This document shows, one piece after another, positions 63,583 to 64,000 of a stretch of 64,000 bases of DNA; positions within the stretch are counted from its first letter, which is position 1, and each line of letters begins with the position of its first letter. This DNA comes from Nemertoderma westbladi (Eukaryota; Animalia; Xenacoelomorpha): contig JAUCBJ010008529.1 in assembly GCA_032718475.1 (NCBI GenBank), positions 53,978 through 117,977 of the forward strand, written 5' to 3'. The position numbers and the translations under genes were made by a program. The notes below the pieces were generated by a model. That model was not told where the DNA came from. It worked only from the letters and a program-made list of their open reading frames with translations, and made no database searches.

Positions 63583-64000
63583 GGTCGAATTTTGAAAATA
63601 TTACGATTATACGTATAAATTAGTGTTGGTATGACATGAATGTTCGAGAAATTAAATTTAATCTCGAATCTTAAACAAAAACTGGTGCTGGAACCTACAG
63701 TATGCGCACAAAATCCCACAAAACCCCCACCAAATCTTTTATACTAATTAGTTTTAGATATTTTATTTTTTTTGAATTGTTCTAGAACAGCTATTTGTTT
63801 ATAAAAATAATGTTCTAGTTTCTAGAACAACAATTTTTATTCTGGAACATATTTTTTGGAAAGAACAAGGTTTGTGTTAAAATCTTATGTGTTCGTTATA
63901 TCAACAGAATTTATCATTATAATGATTCTTTAGAAATATTACATATTTATATATTTCATACACGTTTTATAACATTGATTTTTTCAAAATAAAATAGCTA

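Overview
Eukaryotic (most likely invertebrate metazoan) genomic DNA, not prokaryotic. The window holds the 3' part of one plus-strand spliced gene: 10 phase-consistent GT-AG exons from 24729 to a stop at 61966, about 688 codons. From memory, the protein resembles CFAP92/KIAA1257. Its introns are filled with repeats: a >24.6 kb 28-bp satellite, 30-, 38/39-, 11-, 34/36- and 45-bp tandem arrays, a KDZ (Zisupton/HMGXB3-like) transposase pseudogene, an 11.8 kb non-autonomous BEL/Pao LTR element (apparently identical 1244-bp LTRs, GACCA TSD), a diverged solo LTR of the same family, an RTE-type LINE remnant and a SINE; a second SINE lies just past the stop. Most striking observations: (1) the 38/39-bp array is ~80 tandem copies of the gene's own 3' splice site, mostly AG|GT, a candidate recursive-splicing/decoy-acceptor array; (2) the BEL/Pao element has no TGG tRNA primer-binding site, but the 13 nt abutting its 5' LTR are perfectly complementary to a site inside the LTR, the geometry of Tf1-type self-priming; (3) the element lacks RT but has a decayed zinc-knuckle ORF in the env position. 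The giant ORFs in 1-24.7 kb are satellite artefacts. All family assignments come from motif recall; no database search was run.
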